DNA from: Octopus vulgaris
Lineage: Eukaryota
Direction of reading: 5' to 3'
Length of the DNA stretch: 64,000 nucleotides
Assembly (NCBI GenBank): GCA_951406725.2
Contig: OX597821.1
Span: 44,578,001-44,642,000 of the forward strand
Positions 1-14,151 of this stretch are shown here, piece after piece; the first letter of the stretch is position 1, and every line of letters begins with the position of its first letter. The translations under genes and the position numbers were made by a program. The notes beneath the pieces were generated by a model. It ran no database searches. It saw nothing but the letters and a program-made list of their open reading frames with translations, and had not been told where the DNA came from.

Positions 1-452
1 GAAAAGATATGCCATAATATACATCTGGAAGATCCTGGAGGGAAGTGTCCTGAACTTTGGCATCGAGAGTTACGCAAATGCCAGAACTGGGCGCCACTGC
101 GTGGTGCCTAGGACTCCAAACCTGCCATCAAGATGTAGGACAAGATTCTGTGATAGCCTGGGCTTCCGAGGCCCACAGCTCTTCAATATCCTCCCGAAGT
201 ACCTGAGAGACCTGCATGGGGTGGATACAGATGTCTTTAAAATGAAGCTGGATCTCTTCCTGTCAGGTGTCCCAGATGAACCAACTTCACGGCAGGAGGG
301 GCAGATGAGGGCAGCTGCATCGAACTCTCTCATGCACCAAATAGCAGTTGCTAGAAAGCCTCCATGAAGTGAAACCAAGTAGCAACACCAAATGGCGGTG
401 CCCCAGCATGGCCACAGCTCATAAGCTGAAACTAGAATCAATCAATCAATCA
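1..452 (+). mobile_element. CR1-clade LINE, 3' end (copy A; runs off window start)
   Basis: Frame [14 protein letters not shown]...[17 protein letters not shown]...FKMKLDLFLSGVPDEP ends at TGA 365-367, followed by a short 3'UTR with a stem-loop and an (AATC)4 tail; same protein as 3008-3883. Confidence 0.88.
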
Positions 453-549
453 TATGTATGTATATATGTATGTATATATGTATGTATATATATGTATGTA
501 TGTATGTATATATATATATGTATGTATATATATATTATATATATGTATG

Positions 550-582
<33 letters not shown>

Positions 583-1504
583 GTATGTATGTATATATAT
601 ATATATGTATGTATATGTATATATATATATATATGTATGTATGTATATATATATATATGTATGTATATGTATATATATATATATATATGTATGTATATGT
701 ATATATATATATATGTATGTATGTATATATATATGTATGTATATGTATATATATATATATATGTATGTATGTATATATATATATATGTATGTATATGTAT
801 ATATATATATATATATATGTATGTATATATATATATATGTATGTATATGTATATATATATATATATGTATGTATATGTATATATATATATATGTATGTAT
901 ATGTATATATATATATATATGTATGTATATGTATATATATATATATATATATGTATGTATATGTATATATATATATATGTATGTATATGTATATATATAT
1001 ATGTATGTATATATATATATATGTATGTATGTATATATATGTATATGTATATATATATATATGTATGTATATGTATGTATATGTATATATATATATGTAT
1101 GTATATATATATATGTATGTATGTATATATATATATATGTATGTATGTATATATATATATGTATGTATGTATGTATATATGTATGTATGTATGTATATAT
1201 GTATGTATGTATGTATGTATATATATATATATATGTATGTGATGATGATGATGATGTATGTATGTATATATATATATATGTATGTATATATGTATGTATA
1301 TATATATATATGTATGTATATATGTATGTGTATATATATATATGTATGTATATATATATGTATGTATATATATATATATGTATATATATATGTATGTATA
1401 TATATATATGTATATATATATGTATGTATATATATATATGTATATATATATATGTATGTATATATATATATGTATATATATATGTATGTATATATATATG
1501 TATG

Positions 1505-1539
<35 letters not shown>

Positions 1540-1578
1540 GTATATATATATGTATATATATATATGTATATATATATG

Positions 1579-1643
<65 letters not shown>

Positions 1644-2776
1644 GTATATATATATATGTGTATGTATGTATATATATGTATATATATATGTATATGTATG
1701 TATGTATATATATATGTATATATATATGTATATGTATGTATGTATATATATGTATATATATATATATATGTATGTATGTATATATATGTATATATATATG
1801 TATGTATGTATATATATGTATATATATATGTATGTATGTATATATATGTATATATATATATATGTATGTATGTATATATATGTATATATATATATATATG
1901 TATGTATGTATATATATATGTATATATATATATATGTATGTATGTATATATATGTATATATATATATATGTATGTATGTATATATATATATATGTATGTA
2001 TGTATACATATGTATATACACATACATATGTGTGTGCGTATATATATATGTATATATATATGTATGTATGTATGTATATATATATGTATATATATATATA
2101 TATGTATGTATGTATATATATATGTATATATATATATATATGTATGTATGTATATGTATATATATATATATGTATGTATGTATATATATATGTATATATA
2201 TATATATGTATGTATGTATATATATATGTATATATATATATATATGTATGTATGTATATATGTATATATATATATATATGTATGTATGTATATATGTATA
2301 TATATATATATATGTATGTATGTATATATATGTATATATATATATATGTATGTATGTATATATATATGTATATATATATATATGTATGTATGTATATATA
2401 TATGTATATATATATATATGTATGTATGTATATATATATGTATATATATATATATGTATGTATGTATATATATATGTATATATATATATATGTATGTATG
2501 TATATATATATGTATATATATATATATGTATGTATGTATATATATATGTATATATATATATATGTATGTATGTATATATATATGTATGTATATATATATG
2601 TATGTATGTATATATATATGTATGTATATATATATGTATGTATGTATATATATATGTATGTATATATATATGTATGTATGTATATATGTATGTATGTATA
2701 TATGTATGTATGTATTTATATATGTATATATATATATGTATGTATATATATATATGTATGTATATATATATGTATG

Positions 2777-2844
<68 letters not shown>

Positions 2845-2950
2845 TATGTATGTATATATATATGTATGTATATATATATGTATGTATATATATATGTATG
2901 TATATATATATGTATGTATATATATATGTATGTATATATATATATGTATG

Positions 2951-2983
<33 letters not shown>

Positions 2984-3007
2984 GTATATATATGTATATA
3001 TATGTAT
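453..3007. repeat. ~2.55-kb compound (TA)n/(TATG)n microsatellite with higher-order units
   Basis: Directly visible; almost only TA and TATG units, with a (GAT)5-6 island at ~1240-1256. Confidence 0.98.
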
Positions 3008-3959
3008 GAAAATATTGCGCATCTGCAACATGAGCTGGACACAATATACAGGTGGGCTGAGGACAACAACATGCAGTTTAATGCAGGTAAGTTCCAGGCC
3101 CTGCGCTACTGGCACACAAAGGTAAATGACGTGAAGACTGGATACACTGGCCCAGGAAGAATTGCAATCCCTGAGTCAAAATCAGTGCGTGACCTGGGCA
3201 TTGACATGAGCAATGATGCATCTTTCCAAATGCATATTGCTAATCTGGTGATAAAATGCAGACGGCTAGCTGGATGGATTCTCCGAACTTTCAGAACAAG
3301 AGAGAAGGAGACACTGATGGTCCTATGGAAAACATTTGTCCTCAGCCGCTTGGACTACTGCTCCCAACTTTGGTCACCACACAATATAAAACAAACAGCA
3401 GAACTCGAAGCAACTCAGAGAAGCTACACAAAGAAAATCGTCTCAATGCAAAATGTCAGCTACTGGGAAAGACTGAAGGTATTAAACCTCTTCTCCCTGG
3501 AGCGGAGGCGGGAGAGATATGCAGTAATATACATCTGGAAAATCCTGGAGGGTCTTGTCCCAAACTTTGGCATTCAAAGTTACTCCAACCGCAGAACGGG
3601 GCGCCGCTGCGTGGTGCCAAGGATTCCAACATCACCATCAAAATACAGGTCCAGATACTGCAACAGCTTGGGTTTCAGAGGACCACAGCTTTTCAACATC
3701 CTCCCTAAATACCTGAGAGACTTACATGGTGTGGATGTGGGTTTCTTTAAAACTAAACTGGATCTCTTCTTGTTGGGAGTCCCAGATGAACCTACCTCAC
3801 GACAGGAGACACGGATGCGGGCAGCAGCATCGAACTCCCTTGTTGATCAAGTGCCACGTATCAGAGGTGGATTCACAAACTAGTGTGGCTCATTCAGCGG
3901 TGGTGCCCCAGCATGGCCGCGGCCTTCGGGCTAAAACATTTTTAAGGATTTTAAGGATT

Positions 3960-3960
<1 letters not shown>
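3008..3960 (+). mobile_element. CR1-clade LINE, 5'-truncated copy B (RT C-terminus plus 3'UTR)
   Basis: Uninterrupted frame [14 protein letters not shown]...VRDLGI...[12 protein letters not shown]...[20 protein letters not shown] to stop at 3883; tail of TTTAAGGA repeats; microsatellite on both sides. Confidence 0.92.
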
Positions 3961-3993
<33 letters not shown>

Positions 3994-4543
3994 TGTATGT
4001 ATATATATATGTATGTATATATATATGTATGTATATATATATGTATGTATATATATATGTATGTATATATATATGTATGTATATATATATGTATGTATAT
4101 ATATATGTATGTATATATATATATATGTATATATATGTATGTATGTATGTATATATATGTATGTATGTATGTATATATATGTATGTATGTATGTATATAT
4201 ATATATGTATGTATGTATATATATATATGTATGTATGTATATATATATATATGTATGTATGTATATATATATATGTATGTATGTATATATATATATGTAT
4301 GTATGTATATATATATATGTATGTATGTATATATATATATATATGTATGTATGTATATATATTTATATGTATATATATGTATGTATGTGTATATATATAT
4401 ATGTATGTATGTATATATATTTATATGTATATATATGTATGTATGTGTATATATATGTATGTATGTATATATATTCATATGTATATATATGTATGTATGT
4501 GTATATATATATATGTATGTATGTGTGTATATATATATATATG

Positions 4544-4594
<51 letters not shown>

Positions 4595-4600
4595 GTATAT
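3961..4600. repeat. compound (TA)n/(TATG)n microsatellite
   Basis: Directly visible. Confidence 0.98.
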
Positions 4601-4932
4601 ATCATCATCATCATCATCATCGTTTAGCGTCCGTTTTCCATGCTAGCATGGGTTGGACGGTTCTACTGGGGTCTGTGAAGCCAGAAGGCTTCATCAGGCC
4701 CAGTCAAATCTGGCAGTGTTTCTACGGCTGGATGCCCTTCCTAACTCCAACCACTCCGTGAGTGTAGTGGGTGCTTTTTACGTGCCACCCGCACAGGTGC
4801 CAGACAGAGCTGGCAAACGGCCACGAGCGGATGGTGCTTTTTATGTGCCACCGGCACAAGGGCCAGGCGAGGCTGGCAATGGACACGAAACGGGGCGGTG
4901 CTGGCAACGGTCGCGAAACGGAAGGTTCTCTT

Positions 4933-5227
4933 ACATGCCACCGGCACTGGTAACACATCTGCAATTTCCATTGATCGATTTCCATTCTGATCCTCACTTG
5001 CCTCAACGGGTCTTCACAAGTAGAGTTTCGACATGCCACCGGCACTGGTAACACATCTGCAATTTCCATTGATCGATTTCCATTTCTGATCCTCACTTGC
5101 CTCAACGGGTCTTCACAAGTAGAGTATCGACATGCCACCGGCACTGGTAACACATCTGCAATTTCCAGTGATCGATTTCGATTCTGATCCTCACTTGCCT
5201 CAACAGGTCTTCACAAGTAGAGTTTTG
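4933..5227. repeat. 3 x ~98-bp tandem repeat inside the RTE 3'UTR
   Basis: Unit acatgccaccggcactggtaacacatctgcaatttcc...tcttcacaagtagag starts at 4933, 5031 and 5130. Confidence 0.95.
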
Positions 5228-5297
5228 TGTCCCAAGAAGGGAAGGTATGCATACGTAGGCTGGCTCCATCCCAAGTAGAAGGCCACGGGTTATGGAC

Positions 5298-7179
5298 TCA
5301 CTTGTCCTGCCGGGTCTTCTCATGCACAGCACACTTCCAGAGGACTCGGTCTCTAGTCATTTCCTCAGTGAGACCTAAAGTTCGAAGGTCGTGCTTCACC
5401 ACCTCGTCCCAGGTTTTCCTGGGTCTGCCTCTTCCACAGAGTGTGGCACTTTTTCACACAACTATCTTCATCCATTCTCGCCACATGACCATACCAACGC
5501 AATCGTCTCTCTTGCACACCACAACTGATGCTTCTTAGGTCCAGCTTTTCTCTCAAGGTACTTACACTCTGTCGATTATGAACACTGACATTACACATCC
5601 ATCGGAGCATACTGGCTTCATTTCTTGCGAGCTTACGCATATCCTCAGCAGTCACGGCCCATGTTTCACTGCCATGTAGCATGGCTGTTCATACACACGC
5701 ATCATACAGTCTGCCTTTCACTCTGTGCGAGAGGCCTTTTGTCACCAGCAGGGGTAAGAGCTCTCTGAACTTTGCCCAAGCTATTCTTACTCTAGCAGTT
5801 ACACTTTCAGCACACCCGCCCCCGCTGCTGACTTGGTCACCTAGGTAACGGAAACTATCAACTATTTCTAGTTTTTCTCCCTGGAAAGTGACGGAAGTTG
5901 GTCTCAGAGCATTTTCAGTGTTTATTGTTCCTGAACATCTGCCACATACAAAAACCATCTTCCTAGTTAACCTTCCTTTGACATTGCTGCACCTCTTATG
6001 TGTCCATAGCTTACACTTGGTGCATCTTATAGAGTTTCTACCTACACCTTTTCTACAGATCGAGCAGGGCCATCTACCTGAAGGCGTTTGTGATTTGTCT
6101 ACCTTCCTACTGATTACGACTTTTGTTTTAGCTAGATTGACTCTGAGGCCCTTCGATTCTAATCCTTGTTTCCACACCTGAAACTTCTCCTCCAGTTCTG
6201 ATAGCGACTCAGCAATTAGAGCAAGGTCATCAGCATAGAGGAGCTCCCAAGGGCATCCTGTCTTGAATTCCTCCGTTATTGCCTGGAGGACTATGATAAA
6301 TAGGAGGGGACTGAGTACTGAGCCTTGGTGGACCCCTACTTCTACCCGGAATTCTTCACTGTACTCGTTTCCAACCCTCACCCTACTAGCAGCGTCCCTA
6401 TACATGGCCCGCACAGCTCTCACTAACCATTCATCTATCCCTAGTTTCCTCATTGCCCACCAGATAAGGGATCGGGGGACCCTGTCGAAGGCTTTCTCCA
6501 TGTCAACAAAAGCCAGGTACAGGGGCTTATCTTTGGCTAGGTATTTCTCCTGCAGCTGCCTTACCAGGAATATAGCATCAGTAGTACTTTTCCCTGGCAC
6601 AAACCCAAACTGCATCTCATCTAAACTAACTCTCTCTAATTAGTTGGGCTATGACCCTCTCCGTAACCTTCATCACCTGATCCAACAGCTTGATACCTCT
6701 GTAATTATTTGTATCTAGGGCGTCACCTTTACCTTTGTAGCAGTTGACTATTATGCTGCTACACCAGTCATTGGGTATGACTCCTTTGTGTATCACCTGA
6801 TTAACTATATGGGTGACTAGGCTATAGCCAACACTACCAGACATTTTGAGCATCTCTGCAGTGATTCCTGATGGGCCTGGGGCTTTTCCTGACTTCATGC
6901 TTCTAATTGCCTTAGCTACCACGGAACTATCAACTCGGATAGCTGGTCCCTCTGTTGGGTCAACATTCGGCAGACTCTCTTTATCCCATTCATTTTCTTT
7001 ATTCAGCAAACTTTCATAGTGGCATCTCCAAGCCTCTCTCTTTGCATCCTCATTTAGCGTAAGTGAACCATCTTCCATGCGAACACACTTCTCTCCTACC
7101 ACATCACGATTCTCTCTCACACACTGTCTTGCAACGCGAAACACCTCCAGTCTTTGGTCCTCACGGCGCAGAACATTGG

Positions 7180-7182
<3 letters not shown>
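5298..7182 (-). pseudogene. RTE reverse transcriptase ORF relic with internal PHD-like finger
   Basis: Track ORFs 6626-7144, 5689-6615 and 5365-5682 are consecutive pieces: frameshift near 6630, in-frame TGA at 5689-5691, small deletion near 5435; inferred natural stop at ~5298. Confidence 0.9.
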
Positions 7183-7238
<56 letters not shown>

Positions 7239-7243
7239 GTATG

Positions 7244-7286
<43 letters not shown>

Positions 7287-7377
7287 ATATATATGTATGT
7301 ATATATATGTATATATATATATTACATATATATATATTACATATTACACACTCACACATGCATATATATATGTATAC

Positions 7378-7537
7378 AACAAGCTTCTTTCAGTTTCCGT
7401 CTACCAAATCCACTCACAAGGCTTTGCTCGGCCTGAGGTTATAGTAGAAGACACTTGCCCAAGGTGCCATGCAGTGGCACTGAACCCGGAACCATGTGGT
7501 TGGTAAGCAACATACTTACCACACAGCCACTCTTGTG
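7378..7537 (-). mobile_element. tRNA-derived SINE family A, head fragment
   Basis: Matches the head of the full copy at 8481-8891 (gtggctgtgtggtaag...ggttcagt...ccttgggcaagtgtcttct). Confidence 0.85.
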
Positions 7538-7600
7538 CCTATATAAGATATTATATATATATATACCACACACCAGCAACCTACTTACCACACAGCCACT

Positions 7601-8425
<825 letters not shown>

Positions 8426-8480
8426 GTATATATATATATTGAACCAACTTCCCAAAGTGACACATAAGCAAAATGGTATA

Positions 8481-8891
8481 CTCTTACTCTTTTACTTGTT
8501 TCAGTCATTTGACTGCGGCCATGCTGGAGCACCACCTTTAGTCGAGCAAATCGACCCCAGGACTTATTCTTTGTAAGCCCAGTACTTATTCTATCGGTCT
8601 CTTTTGCCGAACCGCTAAGTGACAGGGACGGAAACACACCAGCATCGGTTGTCAAGCAATGCTAGGGGGACAAAGACAGACACAGACACACATACACACA
8701 CACAGACATATATATATATACATATATACGACAGGCTTCTTTCAGTTTCCGTCTACCAAATCCACTCACAAGGCATTGGTTGGCCCGGGGCTATAGCAGA
8801 AGACACTTGCCCAAGATGCCATGCAGTGGGACTGAACCCGGAACCATGTGGCTGGTTAGTAAGCTACTTACCACACAGCCACTCCTGCGCC
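8481..8891 (-). mobile_element. tRNA-derived SINE family A, full length
   Basis: Minus strand: A-box-like gtggctgtgtggtaag, B-box-like gggttcagtccc, body with internal (TA/TG) microsatellite, CR1-like tail ggtggtgctccagcatggccgcagtcaaatgactgaaac. Confidence 0.9.
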
Positions 8892-9318
8892 TATGATTAA
8901 AATATATTAAGCTTTTCATCTTCTACTGTAGGCTCTTTTCTTTAATATATTTTTCTTCAATCTGATGCATCTCTGTGTTCCAGATTGGGTGTGTTACCAA
9001 ATATGATGAATATTATTTTCAGAATTATAACATTGGAAGGAGTAACAGCTTTTAGATGGGATACAGTCTATTTGTTTTTAATTAAAAATATAATAATTAA
9101 TGTTAGTCAATTGTTGTTAATCAATATTTTTCCATTTCCTGTTTACTTTAAATTGGATTCCTAATCAACTCATGTTAATTATTGTCATTACCTGTAATTT
9201 ATGAGCATAATATGTTTGCAGATGTATGTCCAAGGTTAACATAAGTAATTATACCTGTAGTATAACGGATATTTGTATCCCTCAGACAGTTATTCCAACC
9301 TCTAACTTTACTAACCTT

Positions 9319-9356
<38 letters not shown>

Positions 9357-9486
9357 TTGTATACACACATACACACACATATAACTACATATGTACACAC
9401 ATACACACAGACACTCACACACACACACACACACACACACATATTTATATAGATATATATATAGAGAGTCACACATACATATAATA

Positions 9487-9696
9487 CAGGGTGGTCCCAA
9501 AGTAAGTCTACAGTTATCACATAGGCACTTTAAGTTTCCTTTAAAACTTATTACATTTGAATTTCTATTTTACAATTAAATAAATTAGAATAGAATAATG
9601 TTTTCATATTTTTTTTATAATTAAGATCTAAATTGGTAATATATGAATGTGAAAGAGACAGTCGAATAACTGTAAACCTACTTTTGGGCCACCCTG
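9487..9696. mobile_element. Tc1/mariner-type MITE (210 bp)
   Basis: ~30-bp TIRs CAGGGTGGTCCCAAAGTAAGTCTACAGTTAT / ATAACTGTAAACCTACTTTTGGGCCACCCTG with TA on both sides. Confidence 0.88.
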
Positions 9697-10144
9697 TATA
9701 AACAATATATTATATACATAATATATATTATACATATATATGTATATTAAATGGGCACAAGGCCAATTTTTGTAAGGGGGTGGTTATAGTTCCATGAATG
9801 AGTTCGTTTTATTCCTTGTACTTTTATTATTCTGTGATTTATTGTTTTTGCTTTGTAAATTGTACTATTAATCCTTTAAGCAATCATCTAAATCATATTT
9901 GCTGTAAGTTTAGAAAACTACTTTAGTTGAATAACCAGTTATTTTAATTACAAAATCACTCATTTGCTTCTGTTTAGTATTGATTCCTTATGTTGGCCAA
10001 ACTCCATTGCTAATGTTGGGTGTAATAGGGGTCTGTACTGAAGGACTACTTTTATTTTATTGATATCAGAATTATGAAAGATGAAGTTGATCCTCATGAG
10101 ATTTGAACTCAGAACAAAGGGAGAGAAAATTAATCACTGGATGT

Positions 10145-10330
10145 AGGTAGGCCTGGTTGTGTGAGTAAGAAGTTTGTTTCACAACCTTGTGGTTCCAGAT
10201 TCATTTCCACTTTATTACAACTTAGTCAAGTGTCTTCTACTACAGCCTCATGTCGGTCAATTCCTTGCGAGTAGAATTTGGCAAAAGGAAACTATACTGA
10301 AGACTGTTGCATGTGTGTGTGTGTATACAT
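10145..10330 (+). mobile_element. degenerate SINE family A head
   Basis: Decayed match (ggttgtgtgagtaagaagtttg...caagtgtcttctactacagcc). Further decayed heads at ~12326-12490(-), ~19165-19312(-), ~31040-31170(-) and ~54488-54600(+). Confidence 0.65.
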
Positions 10331-10485
10331 ATATGTTTGTGTGTGTGTGTATGTATATATATATAAGCATTATCGACTGCTAATACTCAATGTGTTTTAC
10401 TTGTTCACTGATTTGCTGTGGCACAGTGCTCTGGGGAAGATGTCAATAATGTTTACACCACTAACACAATTTTTAGTTCATAACT

Positions 10486-10522
<37 letters not shown>

Positions 10523-10676
10523 ATATGCCATTATTCAGTTTATTTCAAGATTTCTTGTCATTGGAGACAGAACCGGTTTCTAACCTAGATCCAAGGAATT
10601 TCAACATCAACAACAGGGTATTTTTGTTTGTTTGTTTGTTTCTTTGTTTCTTTGTATGTATGTATGTATCTACCTA

Positions 10677-10712
<36 letters not shown>

Positions 10713-11814
10713 AATAAATGTTTTATATATAAAGAACGTGAAATACAGGAAGGGACAAACACGGAACACAGACAAATCATTCGAAGCCTTCAATCTTCAG
10801 TCAGACACCGAATCATCATAGCAAATTTCGGCTATCTTATGTTTTTATGTATGTCATATGTTTTACAAATATGCATTGTACACCTTTGGCACAAGTTGTA
10901 ATAATTACCGTTTCGAACTTGGTCATACTGTGCTATGATCAGACTTACATCATAATGTGACTAACACTGTACTGTAATGTGCTTGACACTGCACAGTACT
11001 GTACTGTGACTGTGCCAGACAATTCAGTGATTAACTTATCTATTTGTAGAACCATGTTATTTCTCTTATTTTTTCGACCAGTTCTTACCTGATTCAATAT
11101 CAACCATCAATGATTTTATTGTATTTAGTCTGTTTATAATCAGTGATGTCTTCTTTTGGAGAAGAGAAGAGAAATGTAAGGTTTCTTTTTGTTGTTAGTT
11201 TATTCCTGAGAAACACGTGTAACATTGATGTGTAAGTACTTACATGTATATGTTTGTGAATAGGTAAGTAGATGTGCTTGTATAACAGTGATTGCTCTAT
11301 GCTAATTTAAGCTGTCAAACTACAAGTATTATTCTTGACTTTAGCTTTAAATTCAGAACATTTATTGATTTTTATTTATTTATTTTCCTTGAGGTTCTAA
11401 AACATTTTAGGATTCCATTCATGAGGAAGCTTGTCAAAGTGCTTCAGTTTCTTTTATTTGTTGTTTATTATCTTAGGTTACAATGGAAATAAAAGCACAT
11501 AAATTGTTGCTTTTCTAATCATTTGTCTTGATTTAGCTGACTAACACAAATGAATTTAGAGCTTTGTACAATATAAGTTAATCAGTCTAAACCAGGTTTC
11601 AGTTCACATTCTTAATCTCTACAACATCTGCAGACAAGAAGGAAGTTCCTCATTATAAAAGTATAAATTCTCGTTACAAATGTTAAACCAAAATATATAT
11701 TTATTAAATGTTATTTTGATCTTGGTTGACTCCATTAGCACCAACTGTGACCAGGATAAACTGTTTTAAGATACAAGAAAATATTGGACACAGCCTTCAG
11801 AAGGCTGTCTGTTT

Positions 11815-11908
11815 CTTTCTCTACTCTCTCTCTACTCTCTCGCTCTCTACTCTCTCTCTACTCTCTCTCTCTCTCTCTCTCTACTCTCTCTCTCTCTACT
11901 CTCTCTCT

Positions 11909-12004
<96 letters not shown>

Positions 12005-12025
12005 GCTAGCTAGCTAGCTAGCTAT
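11815..12025. repeat. (CT)n/(CTAT)n/(CTAG)n microsatellite
   Basis: Directly visible. Confidence 0.95.
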
Positions 12026-12516
12026 CTGTTTATGCGTCTTTATTTCTATCTCTCTAATTCCCCTTTTTTCTCTTTTCTTTTCACTTAACAAGGAAGGGTG
12101 GAAGTAACTGGAACTATTGCCAAGGGAATCTTGTGGCTGTGTACAATTTATATACTCTTTCTTTCCTGAGTGATTAATTAGTGTTGTTAATTATATCCCT
12201 TGAGACTTTATCATCACAAATAACCCGCTTTAATAGTTTTATACTTTTACATCGCTTTAGACTAGAACCTCTAATCATTTGTTTAGATTTCTACACACAA
12301 ACACACACACACACACACACATGCATGATGGGTTTCTACACAATTTGTGTCTAACAACTTTACTCTCAAGGCACCATCAGCAAGGGGCTATAGATGAAAA
12401 CACTTTCCAAAAGTATCTTGCAGTGTGTCTGAACCCCAGATTTTGCCATTGCAAAGTGGACTTCTTAAACACATGGGCATACCTGCACCTAAACATTGAA
12501 AGAGGCTGCTATGTAT

Positions 12517-12568
<52 letters not shown>

Positions 12569-13183
12569 AGAGAGAAAGAGGGATAGATAGATACAGACAC
12601 ACATACTCACATCTTCCAAGTGTCTGCTGTTAAAACGTTGTACTTGTCTCTCACTATGGGAGATTTGACTTGAGTAATGTCATTAATTGTTAGCAGATGT
12701 TTACCATTATTACTCTATCTCTAAGTAGTGGCTAATGTTCCTTCTACCTACAGGACAACCCCTCACAGTACATCATTACTACTGCTATAGTACCTCTCCT
12801 TTAAATATTCTCAATGCAGCCATTCATGGCAGTGTTTCAAAGAGAAAGGGAGCCACAGTCTGTCTGTTTTAATTTCCATTAATATCATTATTGACTGCTA
12901 AAACAGTTCTGCCTCTGTTTTATCTGACAGTGACATCCATATCAAATCAGTCTTATCAACATTTCTCTGGACCAACAACTCAACCGTACTGATGCAGACC
13001 GACTTTGTTGTGATTGTGACTAGCAATTGGATGGTTGGTTGATTTCATTTACATTTTAACTACTATGTATATTGTGGGTCTATGTGTTTCTGTGTGTGTG
13101 TGAATGCTTCTTTCTGTGTTTGTGTATGTGAACGTTTCTCTGTTTCTCTGTATACATGTGTGCATTTCTGTATGTTTTAGTCT

Positions 13184-13224
<41 letters not shown>

Positions 13225-13371
13225 CTTTTCCATATTTCCATATGTATATGTTTGTACATTTATTTTGTTGTTTGTGTGTTTGTATTCACATGTGTGTGTA
13301 TATGTGTCGGAATTAGGTATAATTTCTGCATGTTATTGTGGATTTTCTCATTTTCTCTCTCTCTCACTCAC

Positions 13372-13488
<117 letters not shown>

Positions 13489-13876
13489 TGTTTTTACCCT
13501 GTATGCATACCATTTGAGTGTCTCTATATTCATTATATGAATGCATGTGTACTTGGGCATCTGTACATATGAGATACAAAGAGTACTCAATACATGTTAT
13601 GGAGTACATTTATTTAAAGCTGCTAATTTACTTTGTCATTACACAGATTCACGCTTGATGCACTCTATCAAATGATACTTAAATGAGTCAGTTTGTTGTT
13701 GCCTGAAACATCTCATCAGTAAAGAAACTCTGTGACAAATAATATCACTGGCTTCAAATGTGTGTGTATATATGTATATAAGTGCATGTCTATATAAATA
13801 TATATATACATATAAATATGATATATATATATGAATATGATATATATGTATGTATATATATACATACATACATACA

Positions 13877-13907
<31 letters not shown>

Positions 13908-14065
13908 GTATCATATTCATATATATATATATCATATTTATATGTATATATATATATATGTATATATGTATGTTTGTATGTATATATATATATATACTTT
14001 ATTTAAAAGTAGCAGAAATATAACAAAAGCTGTTACTCAGAGTTTCGCATTCACGTTCGTCGGAC

Positions 14066-14147
<82 letters not shown>

Positions 14148-14151
<4 letters not shown>

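Larger units (their letters stand above)
4601..7182 (-). mobile_element. RTE-clade LINE, 5'-truncated copy 1 (RT half, long 3'UTR, (GAT)n tail)
   Basis: RT motifs NYRGIKLL, QFGF, AFVDMEKAFDRV, GVHQGSVLSP, YADD (6226-6237), FRYLG, LHGSETW, RRLRWYGHV; (CAT)n at 4601-4621 is the tail; 5' end abuts (TA)n. Confidence 0.95.

Noticed and set aside
348-4761. Very long IYIY/MYVC ORFs, including the 1141-aa ORF 458-3883 fused to CR1 RT
   Set aside because: TA/TATG repeats lack stop codons in all frames; the in-frame fusion to the CR1 fragment is a one-in-three coincidence.
4933-5227. CRISPR-like regular repeats
   Set aside because: Head-to-tail units without unique spacers, inside a LINE 3'UTR in eukaryotic DNA; no cas genes.
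8820-8891. tRNA gene
   Set aside because: Only A/B-box-like remnants as a SINE head; no full cloverleaf; continues into SINE body.
10745-10840. Hammerhead-like CUGAAGA/GAAA motifs on the minus strand (related repeat at ~53280-53520)
   Set aside because: Core elements are not in an order with convincing flanking stems; left as an unclassified TA-associated repeat.
12750-13045. Possible exon or decayed L1/Tx1 fragment
   Set aside because: Stops in the frames examined and only vague motif similarity.
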